A stretch of 52,129 nt of DNA from Chara braunii (GCA_003427395.1 BFEA01000036.1:1156299-1208427), one strand, 5' to 3'; counted from the first letter of the stretch, positions 36,900 through 49,369 are shown. The notes: generated from the sequence alone by a model not told the origin. Translations and numbers: made by a program.

Positions 36900-39800
36900 C
36901 AAACACAAAAAAATAGTAGGAGATTAATAGCGCGGTGGTTCGGTAAGACTAGAAAATGGTATTGCTAAGCCGCTTTATAATAGCCTGTTGGAACTTGCGA
37001 GGACTTAGAGATTCCTTGTACCGAGGGGGGAAAAAAATTGGTTTCATGGAGCCATACGCAAAAGGTACACATTGTGTGTATCCAGGACACTGTCAAAGTT
37101 GAATCTTAAGAAGATTAATCACGTTCATGTCTGGGGACGAGGCCCGCAATTCTGGACCTTAATAAATGGCACCAGTGGAGGAATGGGAATACTATTTCAA
37201 AAAACCTTAGATGTTGACATTATAGATAGTTTGCATATTTTTAGGGTCGGTTTGTATGAATTAAATTTGCAGTAGGAGCAGACGATTGGACAAACATGTC
37301 AATTTATACCCTCACATATTACCGGGATTTTTTTTTTTTTGTTAAGAAATTACCCTCGTTTATTCTAGACATTGATAACTTAATCATAGCAACAAACTAT
37401 AATATAGTTCTGTTGTATGGACTGCGATCCCTGGTAGCCACCACCATTAGACAAGACACCTATATCTTAAACGAGTTTATGACCATCCATGAATTTGCAT
37501 ATATCTACCTCTCCATGAACCCGGTCAACCTGGGCTACATATGGTTTGGATCACCAACAAACACTTACTAACCAGAACCTAAAAGAAAACTTGACTTCTT
37601 TTTGGAAAGAGGAGTCGCCTGCGAACGATGTATAAGTGCACAAATTCATGTAGAGACCATCTTCGACCACTAGTACCCGGTAATAACATAAATCATTGTG
37701 TTGGACCAGGAAGAGAAACATCGTGGAACCTTTAGATTGAATACTTCTCATCCAAGAATCATTGTTTGCATCTATAAACATATGCACGGGTAGCAAACGA
37801 CCAATAATTTATCCAGTGAAGAAAAACAGAGTGGACGTGGGGCTGAGAATATTACAATCTGCCCTTAGCATTTTTTCTCAGATCAAGGTTGGAAATCGTA
37901 ACTTGAAGGAGCAAGAAATTCTAAGAAAAATTAGAGAGGCCGGGACATTTTTTAGGATAAACGCTTATGTAGACTGCTACTAGTCCAAAATTAGGAAAGA
38001 TTTCCTACAAGAACTAGAGATGCTAGAGAGTTGATGACAACAACAGTGGCTTGAATGGCTAAAGGTAAAAGGGATAGTAAATTTTGACTGCATGACCAAA
38101 ATGATATTCCGATTACTTTTTCTAAGGATCTTAAAATAGTTGTTTAAGAAATTGTCACACCCATTCTTAGATGCTCAAATTGCTACCTCGACAATTGAAA
38201 TGCACTGATATGCAGTCAACTACTGAACTACTTTAAATATATCCTCACTACCTATAAACCAAATGACTCATTTGAGATAAAACTTTCAGCATACTTGGAC
38301 TCTTAGAGGCATAGGACTGTCCACCTAGGCCAGACTGAATTTAGATAGACCTTTGAACTTGGGTGAACTCAAATATGTTGCAAGTCAAATGGTGTTAGAA
38401 AAATGTTGGGGGTTGGATAGTTTGCCGATAGAACTATTAATCTCCACATGACATTCTACGAGTTTTTTCCTCCAACAAGTCTATAATAATCTTCTCATAG
38501 GCAAATATCTATCTTCAAGCTGGGTTAAAGGTGTCATTACACTACCGTAACTCTACAAAAAGGTGGATAAAAGAGACGTGCGCACTTGAAGACCTATCTT
38601 TCAACTATCACATGACGTATAAGTTGTTATCTAAAACCTTAGTAACCTTGAGACTGACCAGATGCCTGCCACAGTTAACAGAACATGAACAAGGAGTTTT
38701 TGTTCAAGGAAGATTAATTTTTTTGAACATATTATTAACAATCCAGACTCTAGAAATAATTAGCAAAGAAAAGAGAAAAGTTGCAGTGGTGTTGTTAAAT
38801 TTGAAAAAAACATATGACAAAGTTGGTTGAGCCTTCATCACAGCGACCCTGCAATACATTAACTTTGGCTCATCCTTTTGTCTTTGGATTCAGACAATGC
38901 ACTGACACTCAAGAGTCACAACAACAGTTAATGTGAACACAGACTGTCGGAGGATTTTTCAATGATACGATAACTCAAACATGGTTGCTTTCTAGCGCCC
39001 TTCTTATTCGTCATACAACTAGAAACATCCTTAGACAACATTCAATACAATGATACAATAGTCGGACTAAGACTAACTCGTACATTGCATATAAAATGCA
39101 GCCATAACATACAACCACATTGTAGCTTGTGCTAATACTCGAGAATCCTTAGACGAGAGTAATTGACATCTTCAATAAGTTGGAATAAATTTGTATTTCT
39201 CCTCCCCCCACCCTTTGAATTGGTATCAGACTAGGGTATACAACGGGTACCAACTCAAAATTCAAAAAGGTTGTTTGACATTCAAGTCTCACTCTCTGAC
39301 GCATCTTCAACTCAAGATTCTTTATTGTCCTCTAAGGTCGTATCATAAAGTAGCAGTTGGAAAAAAACCTACTCTCTCGTTTATTGGAAGGGTTTTACCC
39401 TGTCTTCAACAACATTCACAATTCTCTGGTTTCGTTGTACTGTCTACCTTTTGGGCGAGGGGGCATACAAGGTTACACGCAAAGCTGCTGCCAGATACTT
39501 ATGGAAACTCGAAGAAAACGACTCAGAGGATCGTGTATTCATGACCAAAATAGCGTGAGAATTGATCACAACAAGTAGAGATCAAGGAGGATTGAACATC
39601 CTAGATCCAGACTGCATGATAAAGCATTGTTAGCTAGATGGTCAGGTAAGGAAATGTTAGACCCCCAAAAAAAAAATATAGAAGCAAGTGGAGGAATACA
39701 TTGTAGCTGTAGAATGAGACCTAGCAGTCCCAACAGATGTATGGAGATGTCAGAAGATCCCCACCTATGTAAGAAAAATACCCAAATTTGAATGTAGACT

Positions 39801-40690
39801 GTGGAAAAACCTATTTTTTTGCATGAATTAAAGTCATTCCTAACGTCCGATTACAACCCATTACAAAAGCAGAAATCCTTCTCCACCACTTTTTGATAAT
39901 CCTCTGATAGTCAAGGAATATCATAATTTTTTTCCACAGAAGACACAACAGGAAACTTCGGTGAGGCTTGGATCTCTAGAGGAGTAATTCAGCTAAACGA
40001 TATATGGATGAGATGAATTTTTATTGATGTCCTAAAGTTTAAGTTAACAAGACTAAAAAACGTGCCCAACAACTATACAAAAATTTTAACAACGATCCCT
40101 AGAGAATGGATGGGAAACAACATGAACTAAAGAAACTCCTAGAACAGAGGATCGTCAGTTTCCTTTGGATGCAAACCCTATATTTGTTACTAGGCAAATG
40201 AATGTTTTTGGCGCTTGCCCTCGATGTTACTAGGCATGGGAAACATCGCCCCATGTATGGATACACTGCCCTTTTTGTGTCGTAATTTGGCACTAGTGGA
40301 GGAAAAACTGGGAAGCCTTCTTAGTTGAAGCCTTCCCTTGAACGAACATCAGGGTGGGGGTAAATCGATCAAGATGTATCATCATGAATGCGATCTGGAA
40401 AGCTCGGAATGACGCACTCTTAAAGGAACTACTCATAGGCAAGGGTTAACTACATGTATAAATTCGGAAACATATACGATACACGATTCTTGTTGACAGG
40501 GTGCATTTTGGTTTATCAAAACCTGGGCAAGGAACTGCCAACTTCCCCGATTGGATGATTCATAGAGAGTGATTCTGGGTCCCTCGCTTATCAAGAAGCT
40601 TCAAAGACGACAAACCTGCGAGCGGAAAACCACAATGGTAGACAATTATTATAGCTAAACCAAAACGTTATGGCCAACATAAAAAAGAGG
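36900..40690 (+). mobile_element. Decayed L1/Tx1-type LINE ORF2 (APE endonuclease, RT, C-terminal domain); ORF1/5' remnants may extend to ~35500
   Basis: APE-like SGGMGILF and LIIATNYNIVL; RT KCWGLDSLPIE, QGVFVQGRLIFLNI, LNLKKTYDKV, KHGCFLAPFLF; LSFIGRVL; QGGLNILD; AIWKARND. Confidence 0.85.
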
Positions 40691-41660
40691 TTGTGTTCGC
40701 AGCCCGTCAGGGGTGCGTTTTATGCCCCTGAGACATTTTTTTGTCGTCGTTCTTTTCCTTAGTTATACCAGTCGTTTATTCGGGCCCATTGGTCGTTGAA
40801 AGACTGGTAAAATGAAAGGCACAGACGTTTAGGGGGACGCGGCAGTTCAAGCAAGTGCAGGACCGGTAGCTGCCCGTGGCATTAGGGCCTTGATTTTCGA
40901 ATCTGAAACGTTGTGGACGCAGGCCCTTTGGTCGAAAAATCGAAACGGTGTCGGGTGCACCCGTTCCCTCAAGGTCGCACCCGTTCCCTCTCGACTGGAA
41001 GGCGCAGGCGGGTCCAATCTTGCAATTTTCGAGCGCCAACTTTGGCGATTTTTCGTACGCAGAATAATTGGAGAAAAGATCTGCAAATTTGATATCAGGT
41101 AGGGCAGGTCGTGATATTTCGAGAAAAAATATCAACAAAATAAAATAAAATCGTTTAGACCATGAAATAATTGACGCGCCAATTCGTCACTTTTTCCATT
41201 TTTGGTACACGACAACTTGTGGGCCAACGGGAAAAGTACCCCTATTTCAAAGATTTTTCACGCTCAGAAGAACTCGTAAACAAGTCTGAAAGTATGAGGG
41301 TTCTGTAGATTTGGTGATGATCTTTTCAGGAAAAATGTTTAAAAAAATAAAAAAAATTGTCTCAACGACGAAATAGCTTATAGCGCAAATTCATCCCATT
41401 TTCCATATTCACCACTCCGCCGGTTCTCCACTCTGTGCTACTGGTAGCCCTCATGGACCTGTGCTACCGGTCCCCCGAATTTCCAACGTCGGGTAGAGTG
41501 GTGGTTTGAATTCGAAGCCTGTTGTGGTCGAAATCGAAACAGGCCAAAAGCAGCGGCGGCCGCTCCCGTTCCCTATGCGTTCACAAAGTGATAGTCTCCC
41601 TATGTGCGCCGGGAACGTGGTGCCTTATCGATCGAGGCGTTTTGATAAAGTGGCGCCGCG

Positions 41661-41666
<6 letters not shown>

Positions 41667-41705
<39 letters not shown>

Positions 41706-41707
41706 TC

Positions 41708-41766
<59 letters not shown>
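41667..41766. repeat. (CT)n(CA)n microsatellite
   Basis: Seen directly. Confidence 0.95.
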
Positions 41767-41772
<6 letters not shown>

Positions 41773-42430
41773 GGGTAATAACCAGACTGAGGGAGAGGTC
41801 AGAATTTACAGTCGGGAGTCCCCCTATTTTCGGGGTTCAAGGTAAGAGCCCTGAATTCTGTTTCCCTGGCGGATACGAAACAGATTCTCATATCTTAAAC
41901 CGATATATTGTTTTGTGGTTTTTGTTTTTTGTTTTTTGTTTTTATTTTTTTGTTTCTTTGTCTGTTTTTTTCATGCGCTTACCCGTGGACCCACCCGTCC
42001 GCCCCGCCCCCTAGTCAGTGACTAGTCCCAAGAGCCACCCCATTGTTTTACCAACCACTATATGGGGATCTACTTTGTACATCGCATAGGACGAAGCCAC
42101 TTGAGGATGATCTCTGCGGAGTCATTTTTTTGGGACTTGGTGTCTATACCGATACGCGTAGCTAGACGTATATAGGACTAAATTCCATTAGATAATGACG
42201 AACCCAGCCTCTCGAATCCCACCGAAAGGGGGAATCACTCGGGATTGCCCATACTATTCTCTATTATCTTTCTCTCATTGTTTTTGTTTTTCTTTTCTCC
42301 TCTCTTTTTCTGTTGATTTCATCTCCATATATACGTGAATTTTTACCAGTTATAGCATGTACACTGCTAGTCTGTTTTGTATACGATTGGTTGTAATTCC
42401 TTCTATGGAGAGCAAGTTGACTGTCCAGCT

Positions 42431-42778
42431 ATGGCGGATTGGGACTTCACGACCGGAGCGGAGGAGGACTTACCGATAACGCTGGAGCCTGAGGAGGAAA
42501 TCGAGGCGGAAGAAGCGGTATATGGTCCTTGGATCTCCTCTCTCTGTGGTTGTATGGGGAATGACCGTCTGTGTAATGGATGTGCTTTTTGCAGGAAAGT
42601 AACCCCTCTGATGAGCCGGTTGAGTGACAACGACGAAAAAGCTTTTAGGGGAGTCACACCCCTCCTGCGGCGCGGATCATCCCTTGAAGTGCAAACCGGG
42701 CCCCCGCTTGCTTTCTCCCAAACGTTCTGCCATGTCGGACTTTGCAGCTCGCTGGCTTGGCTTGGCTTCATTAATTAA
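42431..42778 (+). CDS. Short acidic/Cys-rich ORF overlapping the ribozyme; weak resemblance to a PLAC8/CNR8 N-terminus; coding status uncertain
   Basis: MADWDFTTGAEEDLP...EEEIEAEE...PWISSLCGCMGNDRLCNGCAFC. Confidence 0.25.
   Translation: MADWDFTTGAEEDLPITLEPEEEIEAEEAVYGPWISSLCGCMGNDRLCNGCAFCRKVTPLMSRLSDNDEKAFRGVTPLLRRGSSLEVQTGPPLAFSQTFCHVGLCSSLAWLGFIN
42591..42668 (+). ncRNA. Type I hammerhead ribozyme motif with palindromic stem III
   Basis: Stem I CCCCT(42603-07)/AGGGG(42647-51); core CTGATGA(42608-14); stem II G..GTTG-AGTGA-CAAC..C; GAAA(42635-38); palindrome AAAGCTTT(42638-45); UH at 42645-46; distal stem GCAGGA/TCCTGC. Confidence 0.75.
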
Positions 42779-43593
42779 TTTTTGTTGCAGATACTCTAGT
42801 TCATTCTTTATTGTTTTCTCATAATTATGATTCTATACGGGATACCCTGATGTTGGCAAACGATTGTTTTCATTAGGGACTATATTTTCTATGATTTGTA
42901 TCACCAATACTCGATTTTGCTCTCGTATCTCTATCTACTCTCCTCTTAGTCTTTTCGCATCATCCCTTTTTGATCCCCAATGTTAGGTGAGGTAACAAGC
43001 AACCATCATTTCCCATCTCTTAGATGACTGATGATTTCTACTCGCGACCTTGCCTATCACATCCAATATGTGTACGAACACTATTCTCCCTTTGCCCACT
43101 TTACTATTTGATTTTGATTTGTATACTTATTCAAGTTTTTTTATATTTTAATGGAATGAATGTGGAATCGATACCCATGGATGCAATCGCTTCGCCATTT
43201 CTGTATTGTTGGGGGGACATCTCGCTTGGTGGCTGTTGGAAACGGTATGATTGGGACATGACCGGATCGTATCACCGTAATGGTGGAGTGCATGACGAGT
43301 TCGTCGTGGGATTATCTGTAACAAACACACACACACACACACACACACGTCCACAACAATATCAACAAACAAACTACGGGCTGCGCACCCGTGCCCTCAC
43401 GGTAAGTCAATATGGAATCTCCCAATCTGCCGGAATCTCGAGGGGAGAGCCCCATGTAGTTACCCTGCTCCTGCTCCTTGTTCGCAAGACTGGCTGGTCA
43501 CACTTTTTTGACAGCCGTTGACTGAGAGTTACCGCAGATAGGACTACCGCGTGCGATGGAGGAGGGTACACTTGGGGCCAAATGCCACTACTA

Positions 43594-43809
43594 CCCGTCG
43601 TCCCCCGAACATAACGCACCCTGAAATTGAATGTAAAAATGTAAACAAGCAATATTGCAGGTGCGGTACAGCCGAAATAAGGGTGCGTTTTGCTCGGGGG
43701 CAAGGTCCCACTTGCGCAAATTAGGAGATTTCGGCCGTTGATCTTTGCTATCTACGGTCAGTATCTCTTATTTCGTGCAAGTGGGACCAACCCCCCCGGC
43801 GGACGACGG
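43594..43809. mobile_element. Tc1/mariner(pogo)-like MITE flanked by TA, with an internal ~26 bp inverted repeat (43705-43788)
   Basis: TA|CCCGTCGTCC ... GGACGACGG|TA; shares CCCGAACATAACGCA with the 47849 element. Confidence 0.65.
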
Positions 43810-45102
43810 TAGTAGCCAAGAGGATTGGATAAAGAGCCTGAGGGATGAGGGATACTCAGGCTAGGACTTTTTCGACTGCATTCCTGGCCGTTACTGCTGT
43901 CAGGTGCATTCAGTTTCGGCCGTAATTGCATTCAGATACATTCCTGAAACTGCTACGGTAGTGTGAGCATGCCCCAAATCTGATGCGTGTAGTCCTCATA
44001 GATGCAGAATAACAGATCAATCGCGATTTTCTGCACGTCTATTCTATACACTCACGTCCAGATTCAGGCGCTGGGGCAGTTGCGCCAGGGCACAAGGCTC
44101 GAGGGCGCGGCCGGCCGAATCTCCACACTCTTCGAAGGCGGGTGGGCTACCGGTCGCGGCACTCTTCGAATACGGTCGTGGAGCTCTGTGCTCCCCATGG
44201 TGAGATTAACGAAACGAACAGAGCGGGGAAAGAGGAGGCGTTGGGGGGGGGGGGGGGGGGATGACGGACGGACATTCGTAGGGGGGGAGGGGGTTGGGAA
44301 ATTGCACGTAGGGCGGGGAGAGGGAAAGGCTGCACGAGAAGCGACGGCAAAAGCGTTTCGAGGGAAAGGCGCGGGAAAGGCGCGGGAAGGCGCGGGGATG
44401 CGCGGCGGGCCCGGGGGGGTTGGGATCTCCACAGAAGGGTGGAGTGGCCAGAGGAAAGAGAGGGGCTACGGGTAGAGGAGGCAGGGGGAGAGCAAGGACG
44501 GAGGAGGGGAAGGAGGGCGGGCGAGAACGAGATTGAGGGAGGAGGAGGAGGAGGAGGAAGAGCGAAGGGAGGGGTGGTAGACTAGTAGATGATCCCGGCA
44601 GGCTTCGATCTGCCAATCGCCATAACAAGAAGAAGAAGGGAGAAGGGGTGGCGGCTTGTTCTGAGAAAGAATTGGGATGTAGAGACCGGAAGAAGAAGCT
44701 ATGGTGGATCTGGAGGCCGTTGCGCGCTGAGCACGTGACTCGGCGGGCGATCATCGCTTTTCTGTCTTTTTGTCTATCTTCCCCTCCCCCTCCCCCTCCC
44801 CCTCCCCCTCCCCCTCCCCCTCTCCCCCCCCCCCCCCCCCCCACCCCCCCCCCCCCTCCCCCCCCCCCCCCCCCCCCAACCCACCCCCCCGCGCCCCCCA
44901 AGCCGCCGTACTCCCACACAGACACGCGCGCACGTGTCTCTCCCCTTTTGTCTATTCCTCTCCGTTTCTTCGTCTCTCTTGCCGTCCGGTCTCTTCCTGT
45001 TTTGTCGCCTTTTGCTTTTTGTGATCCGATCATCTATTATTACTGTCTCATTTTGTCGAAAAAATCTATATCGACTTGTGTTTGAATTTTTGAATTGAAT
45101 CC

Positions 45103-45329
45103 ATGGCGTATCTTTCGGACCGCAAGGTCATGGCCAATGTGTGGGGTATTTTGGCAATTGGAGTGGCTGTGTCTTTCTTCATCTCGCGGAGACGAAAGCG
45201 CGAGGAGGATGAGGAAGGGAAGGGCCCTCCTGGCTTCCTAGAAGAGTTCGAGATCGAGCCGCCGCCGCCTCCTCTCCCGCCAATGGCGCCTCTTCCGCTT
45301 TCGGGTCTAACTTTCTCTGTCAAGGACGT
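45103..45329 (+). CDS. TOC64: First coding exon of a TOC64/OM64-like protein (N-terminal TM anchor plus start of amidase domain)
   Basis: ANVWGILAIGVAVSFFI (TM), basic RRRKR, GFLEEF, PPPPLPPMAPLPLSGLTFSVKDV resemble plant TOC64/OM64/AMI1 N-termini (NLWVLLGLG...PPKAPHPLTGLTFAVSDV). Donor GT|GTGAGT at 45330, phase 2. Confidence 0.8.
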
Positions 45330-47434
45330 GTGAGTGATATGCTCATTTGCTCATCTTCCTTCCTTCCTCTCTCATCTGTTTGGCTTGTCCTGGGCGAGCG
45401 CGAATCGGACCAAAAACGTGTCACAACAATCCTCCCGCCCCCGCCCACACCAATCTCCCACCGCCTTGCCTCTCTCGTTTTCGTCTCTGACTCGCTCCTT
45501 CCCCCCTTCTCCCCTCCCCCTCCCTCCCCATCCTTTTCTGTTGCCGTCCTTGTCTTTTCTAGGTGGCACACTGCGTACAAACATAACAACTGAACAGGAC
45601 AAAAGAACCGAAAAGAAATGCGAAGAAATGCGAAGAATGGAAACGAACTGAGACTGTAGAAAGCATGTGGTTGCGCAGTTCCCTTCCCTTCCTCCCATTC
45701 CCTTTCCTCCCTTCCTCCCATTCCTCCCATTCCTCTCATTCCTCCCTTTCCTCCTTTCCTCCCTTCCTCCCTCTGTCTCTCTCCCTCCCTCCTTCCTTCC
45801 CCCTTTGTCTCTGTCCCTCCCTCCTTCCTCCCTCTGTCTCTCTCCCTCCCTCCTTCTTCCCTCCCTCCCTCCCTCCCTTCTTTCCCTCCCTCCCTCCTTT
45901 CCCTGCCGCGTCCCCCATCCTTTCTCATTTGGCGTTCCTTCCCGTCCTTTCCTTACCTTTTGTCGGCCTTGGGCTTTTCTGACGTGTCGCAATGTGTACA
46001 AACATGCATAAGACAATAGGGCTTGGGGGGGGGGAGGGGGGAGGAGGGAGGGAGGGAGGGAGGCACGGGAAGAAGAAGGAAAGAGTAAAATAAAATAAGA
46101 GAACGTGGCGGATGTTGCGTTTTCCCCTTTGTTCCTGGACGGCGTCTTTTTTTCTTTTTTAAATGCTGTGGTCTTTCTTTGTTTCGCGCAGTGATTTTCT
46201 GGTTGGTATCTTATCTTATGTGGCGTCATAATATAAGATGTGCGTAGAGTATGTGATGCTATATGTAGTATGTGACACAGTATTACGGAGTAGTATTTTC
46301 TTTTCTGATGTTATTAATATAAAAAAATATGGAATATTAGAGGTTGCTCTTTTCGACCAAGGCAGATTATGGCTTTCATCGTCGAGGGTGGGTTGGGCGC
46401 GCCTTGTGGGGGGGATTGTGAGGGGTGACCAGGAACGGGGGAGAGAGAGAGGGCTCTCTGTCAGCCTTTCTGGTTATTATGGTTTACTGGACGGCTCGTT
46501 GTGTATGTACACACATACATGTACTCGTGATTAAAAGAACAAAGAAAAAAACAGTCCGATGAATAATAAACAAAACATTCTGTGGGCGGGGGCAGTTGCT
46601 GTTTATTATTTGCCTACTCTCTCTGCCTTCTCTCTCCCTTCTCTCTCCCTTCTCTCTCCCTTCTCTCTCTGTGTTTTTGTTTCTGAAGCCACGAACGCAT
46701 GTGCGTCGTACAGAATGTATTAATGACAAAGAACGATCCGATGAATCGTGACTAGAAGGCTGATATGGGAATGTATGTGCATGGATAGTGATATATATAA
46801 GTATGGATATATGTATGATAAGAATATATATAATGGTATAGAGGTATGGATAAAGATATATAAGTATGGATATATGTATGATAAGAAATATATAATGGTA
46901 TAGAGGTATGGATATAGATATAGGTATGGATTAATATAAATAAAGATTTGCATAGAATGTAGAGAAAATGTATGCAATCTATGCATATACATGTAGCCTT
47001 GTGTAGCAATATATCATTTGCATGCATGTGCACATTGATATCATGTGACAATATATAAGCATAGTGGGTCAATATGACACACGGGGTTGGGGGCAGCCGC
47101 CTCTCAACCTACATCCACGTGGGCGGCCTTGTACGCAAGAGGTTTTGAACAGGGGGAGTTTAAGGAAGAAGATAAAAAATGATTTCACTTTTCTGATTTT
47201 GTTTTTTTTAATATTTTTTTTCGCTTTTGCGCTCTGATATCCTGTGACAATATATACGTTTATATAAACAGTTTGTCACAGCCCCTCGTTTGTTGTCCTC
47301 TTCTCTCTCTCTGCCTACGGTTTACCGGGCAGTTCTGTTTGTGACGATATATACGTTTATATAGGTATGGATATAGGTATAGATATGGATTTCGATATGG
47401 ATATAGATATAGATGGGATTTATAGAGATATATC

Positions 47435-47688
47435 TAGGCTACCAGCCGGGCCGCCCGGGTCGCCTTGTTTTCCCGGGCGGCCCAGCCGTGCAAGGACCAG
47501 GGAAGGTCCCAGAAAAAAAGAGTCAAAAAAATCCGAAAAAAAACTATGTCATGCAGAAAAATATACTGAACAACTTTTGCCTCAGGGTCACATCGTAATT
47601 CTTTACCAAATTTAAAATGAAAAAAAGAATAGATTTTTTTTTTTTTTTTTTTGCCCGGCATGTGGTCCCGGGCCACTCTGGTAGCCTA
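47435..47688. mobile_element. hAT-like MITE (254 bp) inserted in a GATATA-rich microsatellite
   Basis: TIR TAGGCTACCAG / CTGGTAGCCTA; imperfect 8-bp flanks GATATATC / GATAGATA. Confidence 0.7.
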
Positions 47689-47848
47689 GATAGATATAGA
47701 TTTCGGTATGATTAGATGATTGTTTTTTATATATAATTTAAATTAAATAAAATTTATACAATCTATGCATACATGTAGCTTTTGGCGAAATCTACTATTT
47801 TTAAAATTTTTTTTTTTTTCATATGCACGCACAAACCTAGTAGGCCTA

Positions 47849-48082
47849 CCGTCTTCACCCGAACATAACGCATATGCGTTGTATTCGAGCTGCCCCGCCC
47901 CCCCCCCACCCCTTAAAATCGATGATTCGATTTGAATGCATGTGCGTTGTTTTCAAATGCTTCGGCTGTTCCGAATAGAACGCATCTGCGTTGTATTCAA
48001 AAGTTCCGGCTGTTCGAATAGAACGCATTCACGTTGTATTCCAATAGAAAGCAGCCTCTGCGCTCTGTTCGGGGGAAGACGG
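47849..48082. mobile_element. Tc1/mariner(pogo)-like MITE with TA TSD
   Basis: TA|CCGTCTTCACCCGAACA ... TGTTCGGGGGAAGACGG|TA; internal GAATAGAACGCA subrepeats. Confidence 0.75.
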
Positions 48083-48384
48083 TAGCCGGTACACTTGCGC
48101 TAATTGCCGCTTCTGAACACGGAGACGATGATGTGTAGCGATGACGTTATGACTGAAGGCCTCGTCCGTCTTGATGAAATCTCATGTCAGTCCTGATTTG
48201 CGGACCACGTGGCTTCTTCACAACAAAGACCTGCTTCCCTCTCTTCCTCCCCCTCCCCCCCCCTTGAAAAACGATACCCCTCTCTGAGTGTTTCATCTGC
48301 GATGCAGACCCCCTGGCGTAGCCAATCCAACCCGTGTCGGGACCCCTATGATATGATGACATGACGGCCTCGGCACCCATTTGG

Positions 48385-49325
48385 ATTGGGGGCTGTCTTA
48401 CTTTCCCTCTCACTTTCACTCCCACTTTCCCTCCAGGTTGGGATTGTCCCACTTTCCCTCCAGGTTGGGATTGTCCCACTTTCCCTCCAGGTTGGGATTG
48501 TCCCACTTTCCCTCGGAACTGGGGTTGACCCACTTTCCCTCGGAACTGGGACTGTCCCACTCTCACTCCAAAATGGGACTGTCCTATTTCCTATGTCCCC
48601 TCCCACTTCCCTCCCCTCCCACTTTTCCCTCTAAATTGGGATTGCCCCACTTTGCCTCCGAATTGGGACTGTCCTGCCTTCACTCCTAAATTTCCCTCCC
48701 TCCCACTTTCCCTCCAGGTTGGGAGTGTCCCACTTTCCCTCCAGGTTGGGACTGTCCCACTTTCCCTCGGAACTGGGACTGTCCCACTCTCACTCCAAAA
48801 TTGGACTGTCCTATTTCCTATTTCCCCTCCCACTTCCCTCCCCTCCCACTTTTCCCTCTAAATTGGGATTGTCCCACTATCCCTCCTAATTGGGACTGTC
48901 CTGCCTTCATTCGTAGATTTCCCTCCCTCCCACTTTCCCTCCAGGTTGGGATTGTCCCACTTTCCCTCGGAATTGGGACTGTCCCCATTTCACTCCAAAA
49001 TGGGACTGTCCTACTTTCCCTCCCACTTCCCTCCCCTCCCACTTTTCCCTCTAAATTGGGATTGTCCCACTCTCCCTCTGAATTGGCACCGTCCCACTTT
49101 TCTGTGACTCCAAAATTTCCCATTTTCTCTACAGGTTGGGATTGTCCCACTTTTTTTTCGGAATTGGCACCGTCCCACTTTCTTTCACTCCAAAATGGGA
49201 CTCCCACTTTTCACTCCTGGCACTTTGCCTGGGTAGCGAGTCCCCCCCCCCCCTTTCTCTCCTACGTTTCCTCCCACTATCGTAGTGAGGAAAAAGTTGA
49301 GGGAAAGTGGAACTGTCCCACTCCG
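48385..49325. repeat. ~24 bp minisatellite (TTGGGA[CT]TGTCCCACTTTCCCTC..) with a higher-order period
   Basis: Seen directly; accounts for the repetitive pseudo-ORFs such as (GKVGQSQPG)n. Confidence 0.92.
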
Positions 49326-49369
49326 TTTCTTCTCTTTCGGTCGTCGGTGCATCATCCCTGCACGCTCAT

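Noticed and set aside
42022-42130. Pol III snRNA-type gene (USE-like AGTCCCA, TATA, T7 terminator)
   Set aside because: The USE match is weak and the transcript resembles no snRNA I recognise.
44206-46229. Poly-Pro, poly-Gly and GRE-rich ORFs
   Set aside because: They arise from C-tracts and CT-rich UTR/intron sequence.
48150-48195. Hammerhead-like CTGAAGG..GAAA..GTC
   Set aside because: The core is altered and stem I overlaps it.
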